Below are positions 58,979 to 64,000 of a stretch of 64,000 nt of DNA, one piece after another (the first letter of the stretch is position 1; the number at the start of each line of letters is the position of its first letter). The notes beneath the pieces were generated by a model. It was not told where the DNA came from. It did not search any database and was given only the letters and a program-made list of their open reading frames with translations. A program made the position numbers and the translations under genes. The DNA is from an uncultured Clostridia bacterium (GTDB lineage: Bacteria > Bacillota > Clostridia > TANB77 > CAG-508), in NCBI GenBank assembly GCA_963557785.1, contig CAUWBF010000001.1, forward strand, positions 161,889-225,888, in the 5' to 3' direction.

Positions 58979-59163
58979 TAATAGCAAAGACAAATGCCCT
59001 GCAAATGTTCAAATGAACAGAAGTAGGGCTCTTTCATTTATATAAATAATCAAAAAATACAAAATGAGGTTGATATTTTTTGATGCTTGTAGTATAAATA
59101 ATAAATATATAGTATAAAAAATGGAATAATAAAAATAAAAACAAATGTAAAAGGGGATAAGAA

Positions 59164-60534
59164 ATGAACGTACCAGTGATGAAGAACAAAGAATATGTTG
59201 TAGATATCATTGATAATGGATTTGAAGGAGAAGGAATTGCCAAAATTGATAATTTTACAATTTTTATTCCTGGTGCTATAAAGGGAGAAAAAGTAAAAAT
59301 ACTAGTTATAAAAGTACTTTCTTCACATGCTTATGGAAAATTAATAGAGATAATAAAGAAATCTAAACATAGAGTAGAATGTGATTGCTCTACATATAAA
59401 AGATGTGGAGGATGTACATTAAGACATATAGACTATCAAGAAACACTAAATATAAAGCAACGAAATGTACAAAATTTAGTAAATAAAGGAAATAATAAAG
59501 ATATAAAAGTATTAGAAACAATTGGAATGGGAATACCATATCAATATAGAAATAAGGCACAATACCCATTAGGAATAAATAAAAAAGGACAAGCAGAAAT
59601 AGGAGTATATGCAAGTCGTAGTCATGAAATTATACCAATGGATAACTGTGCAATCCAACACAAAATATCAGAACAAATTGCTAAATTTATATATTATTTT
59701 ATAAAAGATAATAATATTCCAATATATGATGAAAAGACAGGTAAAGGAATTTTTAGACATATTGTAATAAAACTAGGCGTACAAACTGATGAGATAATGT
59801 GCATCCTAGTTATTAATGGAAAAGATTTTCCAAGAGAAGATGAGCTAGTAACAATGCTAATAAGAGAATTTCCAAAAATAAAAACAATAGTAAAGAATAT
59901 AAATACTAAAAATACAAATGTTATATTAGGGAAAGAAAATATTAGTATATATGGTAATGGATATATTACCGATATTTTAGGAGATTATAAATTTAAAATT
60001 TCACCTATGTCTTTCTATCAAGTAAATCCTATTCAAACAGAGTTATTATATAATAAAGCGATAGAAATGTCTGGATTACCTGAAAATAGAATGAATACCG
60101 CTCTAGATTTATACTGCGGAATAGGAACAATTGGAATATTCCTATCAAAATATGTAGACTATGTATATGGAATAGAAATAGTTCCAGAAGCAATAGAAGA
60201 CGCTAAAGAGAATGCAAAAATGAATAACATAGATAATATAGAATTTATGGTTGGAGATGTAGAATATGCTTTATCAGAACTAATTGAGAATAGAAAAGTA
60301 AATCCTGATATAGTATTTGTAGATCCACCAAGAAAAGGTTTAGATAAAAATACGATAGATAATTTATTGAAAATAAAACCTAAGAAAATAGTGTATATAA
60401 GTTGTAATCCTGCTACATTAGTTAGAGATATAAATTTACTTAGTGAAACGTATACTACAAATGAGATACAACCAATTGATTGTTTCCCTTACACTAGCCA
60501 TGTGGAGTGTATAGTAGTGCTACAGCTAAGCTAA
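59164..60534 (+). CDS. rlmD: 23S rRNA (uracil-C5)-methyltransferase RlmD/RumA family (TRAM domain, 4Fe-4S cysteines, SAM methyltransferase domain)
   Basis: TRAM-like N-terminus (GEGIAKIDNFTIFIPGAIKGEKV), a Cys cluster (C.C....CGGC), FYQVN, DLYCGIGTIG, VFVDPPRKG, and YISCNPATL. Confidence 0.9.
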   Translation: MNVPVMKNKEYVVDIIDNGFEGEGIAKIDNFTIFIPGAIKGEKVKILVIKVLSSHAYGKLIEIIKKSKHRVECDCSTYKRCGGCTLRHIDYQETLNIKQRNVQNLVNKGNNKDIKVLETIGMGIPYQYRNKAQYPLGINKKGQAEIGVYASRSHEIIPMDNCAIQHKISEQIAKFIYYFIKDNNIPIYDEKTGKGIFRHIVIKLGVQTDEIMCILVINGKDFPREDELVTMLIREFPKIKTIVKNINTKNTNVILGKENISIYGNGYITDILGDYKFKISPMSFYQVNPIQTELLYNKAIEMSGLPENRMNTALDLYCGIGTIGIFLSKYVDYVYGIEIVPEAIEDAKENAKMNNIDNIEFMVGDVEYALSELIENRKVNPDIVFVDPPRKGLDKNTIDNLLKIKPKKIVYISCNPATLVRDINLLSETYTTNEIQPIDCFPYTSHVECIVVLQLS

Positions 60535-60565
60535 TTTTAAAACAAAATAAAAAATAATTTTAGAA

Positions 60566-60598
60566 AAATAAAGTATTTGTAATACTTTATTTTTTTTT
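60566..60598 (+). terminator. Terminator after rlmD
   Basis: AAATAAAGTATT-(TGT)-AATACTTTATTT followed by a long T run. Confidence 0.7.
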
Positions 60599-60649
60599 AT
60601 ACTTATAGTAAAATGAATTCGATTAAATAAAAATAATAGGAGATAAAAG

Positions 60650-61504
60650 ATGGATAATTGGATTTTATGCGTAGCACTATATTTAGTTTTAGCAACAGCT
60701 TTTACACAATTTTATAAGATTGCTACAAAAACTTTAAAAAAACCTGGAGCTCTAACAGTATTATTACAAGTTATATCTGGATTAATAGTACTATTATTGA
60801 TACCTTTTTACGAAATTAAATTTTCTGCAGATCCATATGTATATATTATGCTTGGATTAGCAATAATTTTTTATGCAATATCTGATAGAATAAATACAAC
60901 AGTTAGAAGCGGAATAGAAGCTTCTACGTTTAGTATTTTAAAACAATTATCTACTACGTTTATGATATTTGCTGGTCTATTATTTTTTAAAGAAGAGTTT
61001 ATTCTAACTAAATTTATTGGTGCAATGATTATAATATTTAGTAATATTTTAATCTTTTATAAAAAAGGAAAATTTGAATTTAATAAATATATATTATTTG
61101 GAATATTAGCTAACATATCATTTACTATTGCTTTATTCCTAGATGTTAATATATCAAATAATTTTACACTACCAATATATGTAGGCACAACATTAATAGT
61201 TCCTGCTATACTAATAAGCATTACTGAAAAAATAAAACTATCAGAAATAAAAGAAGAATTTATAAATGGAAATAAAAAAGCAATTATAATTACATCTGTA
61301 TGCTGGGGAACAGCAATACTTGCACAACTTAGAGCATATCAATTAGGAGATGTAACAACAATAGCACCACTATGTGCTTTAACTGTAATTTTAAATGTAA
61401 TAGTAGGTTACTTATTTCAAAATGAAAGAGATAATATGCTAAGAAAAATTATATCAGCAATATTGATAATTATAAGTGTGGTTCTAATAAAAATTAATTC
61501 TTAG
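60650..61504 (+). CDS. EamA/DMT-superfamily permease
   Basis: 284 aa with about 10 hydrophobic helices arranged as two 5-TM halves. Confidence 0.65.
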   Translation: MDNWILCVALYLVLATAFTQFYKIATKTLKKPGALTVLLQVISGLIVLLLIPFYEIKFSADPYVYIMLGLAIIFYAISDRINTTVRSGIEASTFSILKQLSTTFMIFAGLLFFKEEFILTKFIGAMIIIFSNILIFYKKGKFEFNKYILFGILANISFTIALFLDVNISNNFTLPIYVGTTLIVPAILISITEKIKLSEIKEEFINGNKKAIIITSVCWGTAILAQLRAYQLGDVTTIAPLCALTVILNVIVGYLFQNERDNMLRKIISAILIIISVVLIKINS

Positions 61505-61519
61505 GAGAGGCATGAAATC

Positions 61520-62173
61520 ATGAATAAAGTAGAAAATGTATTAAACTTTTATTTATTAACATCTACTTTGAAAGATAAAGTAAGAAGTGGATGGAAGATA
61601 TGGAATATTGAAAGAGAAAGAGTAGAAAGTGTAGCAGAACATATTTATGGAACTTGTATGCTTGCAATAGCTATAGATTCAGAATATAAAATGAATATAG
61701 ATTTACAAAAAACAATTTTAATGATTGCATTGCACGAAGTAGAAGAAATACAAATAGGAGATTTAACTCCATTTGATAATATTACTCAAGAGGAAAAAAG
61801 AAAAATAGGAAAAAAAGCAGTGGAATACGTTTTTGATGGATTAATTAAAAAGCAAGAGTATATTGATTTAATAGAAGAATTCGAAATTATGGAAACTAGA
61901 GAATCAATATTTGCAAAAATGTGTGATAAATTAGAAGCAGATATTCAAAGTAAGTTATACTGTGAAGAAGGAGTATTGGATATAAATAACATAAATAATG
62001 CTCATTTATTGGATGATATAAGAATTAAAAAATTAATATCAGAAGGAGCAAAATCGATAGCAGACTTATTTATAGAAAATGATAGACCATTATATAAAGA
62101 AGATGAATTTATAGAAATATTAGATTATATAAAGGAAAATGAAATATCTAAACTAAAAAAGGGAGAAAATTAA
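61520..62173 (+). CDS. HD-domain 5'-deoxynucleotidase-like protein (YfbR/HDDC2 type)
   Basis: ERVESVAEHIYGTCMLAIAI and ALHEVEEIQIGDLTP align with ESVAEHS....A and HD..E...GD of YfbR-type HD enzymes. Here the HD dyad reads HE. Confidence 0.7.
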   Translation: MNKVENVLNFYLLTSTLKDKVRSGWKIWNIERERVESVAEHIYGTCMLAIAIDSEYKMNIDLQKTILMIALHEVEEIQIGDLTPFDNITQEEKRKIGKKAVEYVFDGLIKKQEYIDLIEEFEIMETRESIFAKMCDKLEADIQSKLYCEEGVLDINNINNAHLLDDIRIKKLISEGAKSIADLFIENDRPLYKEDEFIEILDYIKENEISKLKKGEN

Positions 62174-62769
62174 TGAGAATAGGAATAGATATAGATGATA
62201 CTACAGTCATAACAGTAAATTCAATGGTAAAATATGCCGATAAGTATGATACGCTTGTGTTAGGAAGACAAGGAACTAATAATAACTTAGGATTAATAAC
62301 AAATAGATACTATTTAAAAGCATTATATGGATGGACAGATGAAGAAAAATTTGGATTTTTTAATATGTACTATAAAAATGTATTAGAAGAATGTGTTCCT
62401 ATGCCAAATGTAGATAAAGTTATAAAAAAACTAAAAGAAGATGGACATGAAATATACTTTATAACTGCTAGATTAAATAATATACCAGAATGTAATACAG
62501 AAGAAATAACAAAAGAAACATTAAAAAGGGGAAATATACCATATGATAAGCTTATTATAAATGCAAGTGATAAAATATTAGCTTGCAAAGAAAACAAAAT
62601 AGATTTCTTTATAGAAGATAGTTATGAAACTTGCAAGCAACTCTCTGAGATTAATATTCCAAGCATATTAATGACAACAAAAATGAATGAAAATATTGAT
62701 GAAGGCAATATAAGAAGAGTATATAACTGGGATGAAATATATAGTGAAATAGTAAAATATAATAAATAA
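62173..62769 (+). CDS. HAD-superfamily nucleotidase (5'(3')-deoxyribonucleotidase / YqfW-like)
   Basis: DxDxT nucleophile motif (IDIDDTTV), ITAR, and an acidic motif near the C-terminus (FIEDS). The start overlaps the HD gene stop (TAATG). Confidence 0.6.
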   Translation: MRIGIDIDDTTVITVNSMVKYADKYDTLVLGRQGTNNNLGLITNRYYLKALYGWTDEEKFGFFNMYYKNVLEECVPMPNVDKVIKKLKEDGHEIYFITARLNNIPECNTEEITKETLKRGNIPYDKLIINASDKILACKENKIDFFIEDSYETCKQLSEINIPSILMTTKMNENIDEGNIRRVYNWDEIYSEIVKYNK

Positions 62770-62780
62770 AGGAAATAAAA

Positions 62781-63431
62781 ATGAAATTAAAAGATTTAGA
62801 AATAGAATATGATAAACTACAAAAAGAATATGGAGCAAAAGAACTAGATGCAATATATAATGGTGGATGTTCTAAAAATCCGGATATCTGTTTTGTATTT
62901 ATGAATCCAACAGGTAGAAATATTGCATCATCTAAAGACTGGAAAGGAATAAAATCTCCTTGGATAGGCACAAAAAATATTTGGGATTTATTCTATGCAG
63001 TAGATTTATTAGATGAAAAAATATATAGAGAAATTAAATCCATAAAACCTAATGAATGGACAGAAGAATTTGCAAAAGAGGTATATAAAAATGTTAGTGA
63101 TAACAGATACTTTATTACTAACCTTGGAAAATGTACTCAGGTAGATGCAAGAGAATTACCTAATAGTGTGTATGATAAATATTTAGAACTATTAGAAAAA
63201 GAAATAGAAATTATAAATCCAAAAGTAGTTATACTTTTCGGAAATCAAGTTAGCTCAATAGTTTTAAATAAAAAAATATCAGTTTCTCAATGTAGAAAAG
63301 AATTATTTAAAAAAGAGATTAATGGTAAAGAATATAATTGCTATTCAGTATATTATCCAGTAGGTAATGGAAGATTTAATATAGATAAATCAATAGAAGA
63401 TATAAAATATATCATAAATAAGGAGAAATAG
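62781..63431 (+). CDS. Uracil-DNA glycosylase superfamily protein with an atypical motif 1
   Basis: Collinear with the family 4/MUG-type layout: CFVFMNPTGRN (position of GEAPG/GINPG), ITNLGKC, PKVVILFGNQ, and VYYPVGNGRF (position of the HPS motif). Confidence 0.55.
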   Translation: MKLKDLEIEYDKLQKEYGAKELDAIYNGGCSKNPDICFVFMNPTGRNIASSKDWKGIKSPWIGTKNIWDLFYAVDLLDEKIYREIKSIKPNEWTEEFAKEVYKNVSDNRYFITNLGKCTQVDARELPNSVYDKYLELLEKEIEIINPKVVILFGNQVSSIVLNKKISVSQCRKELFKKEINGKEYNCYSVYYPVGNGRFNIDKSIEDIKYIINKEK

Positions 63432-63432
63432 A

Positions 63433-64000
63433 ATGAGTAAAATAATAATTGAAGTAGGTTCAACTTGTACAAAAGTTGATGAAATTAATAATGAAGATAT
63501 TAATCATATAACTACAGAAACAATTCAATTCAAGAAAAACTTTAAAAAAGATAATAAATTAAATGATGACGATGTTAAAAGATTAATTGAATTAACAAAC
63601 AAGCAAAAAGAACTTTCAAATAATATATATGCGTGTGGTACAAGTGTGTTTAGAAATCTTACAAATACTCAAAGAGAAGAATTTTTAAAATTGTTTAAGA
63701 AAGAAACAAATTTAGATTTTGATATTATATCTCCAGAAAAAGAAAATGAGCTTACAATGAAAGGAGCTACAAAATATGTAGAAAATAAAAAAGTAGCAGT
63801 ATTTGTTGGAGGCGGAGGCTCTACAGAAATTGCTGTATATGAAGATGGAGTAAAAGAAACGGTTAATTCAAAAGTAGGAGTTATAGATATAATGAATTTA
63901 TTTCCAGATTTAGCAGAAGATTTTGCTACAACTGATATCGAAACAGTAAAAGAAGAAGTAAGAAAAAGACTAAATCTTCCTAAAGAAAAAGCTGACATAT
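63433..64000 (+). CDS. Ppx/GppA-like (ASKHA-fold phosphatase) protein; 5' part only, runs off the window
   Basis: Not in the ORF track because it has no stop in the window. I translated it by hand from the ATG at 63433, 1 nt after the UDG-like stop: MSKIIIEVGSTCTKV...ACGTSVFRN...VFVGGGGSTEIAVYEDG, with the phosphate-1 and phosphate-2 motifs of Ppx/GppA. The frame is open to base 64000. Confidence 0.6.
   Translation, partial: MSKIIIEVGSTCTKVDEINNEDINHITTETIQFKKNFKKDNKLNDDDVKRLIELTNKQKELSNNIYACGTSVFRNLTNTQREEFLKLFKKETNLDFDIISPEKENELTMKGATKYVENKKVAVFVGGGGSTEIAVYEDGVKETVNSKVGVIDIMNLFPDLAEDFATTDIETVKEEVRKRLNLPKEKADI

Noticed and set aside
58783-59243. Minus-strand ORFs of 84 and 69 aa between the GNAT gene and rlmD
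   Set aside because: The first is antisense to the 3' end of the GNAT gene. The second spans the AT-rich rlmD promoter region and overlaps the rlmD start. Neither has an RBS, and the products are Cys/Phe/Leu-rich junk.

Overview
Very AT-rich, densely packed chromosomal segment from a low-GC Firmicute. It looks like a spore-forming member of the Clostridia, because gpr and a ytxC-like gene are present. I did not attempt a species call. About 90% of the window is housekeeping and almost all of it is on the + strand:
- the CIRCE-controlled hrcA-grpE-(CYTH)-dnaK-dnaJ operon;
- ispH, murB, yvcK;
- a dispersed alpha-glucan/glycogen set: debranching enzyme, GH57 branching enzyme, a DUF4912-like partner, GT35 phosphorylase and pgi;
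- ruvC, holA, gpr;
- cmk-plsC-S1-typA;
- a heterodimeric ABC exporter and pepF;
- addA;
- the rimP-nusA-ylxR-ylxQ-infB-rbfA-nrnA-truB block;
- a 9-gene fab/acc operon (fabD-fabG-fabF-accB-fabZ-accC-accD-accA-fabI);
- one tRNA-Leu(UAG) and rlmD.

I saw no rRNA, CRISPR array, transposase, integrase or recognisable prophage.

Several short stretches are visibly richer in G/C and use CGN/AGG arginine codons that the surrounding genes avoid. These are the places worth a second look:
1. An accessory islet at about 28.5-32.2 kb. It holds a divergent RelA/SpoT-type small alarmone synthetase-like gene, two paralogous polytopic membrane proteins, an orphan Cys/His 150-aa protein and a leaderless M15 peptidase with a peptidoglycan-binding domain.
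2. A self-contained unit of about 300 bp at 37.6-38.0 kb, with its own promoter and terminator and flanking direct repeats. It sits exactly where addB would be expected upstream of an otherwise orphan addA.
3. A GNAT gene beside the tRNA-Leu.
4. A tightly coupled operon at the right edge: HD-type 5'-deoxynucleotidase, HAD nucleotidase, an atypical UDG-superfamily protein and a Ppx/GppA-like protein.

Other oddities are a CYTH enzyme inside the heat-shock operon, a P-loop NTPase fused to an Asp23 domain upstream of cmk, and a short BirA-like ligase where ribF normally sits.

Functional calls come from motifs I could read in the translated ORFs; no database search was run. Coordinates of non-ORF features are hand-counted and may be off by 1-2 nt.
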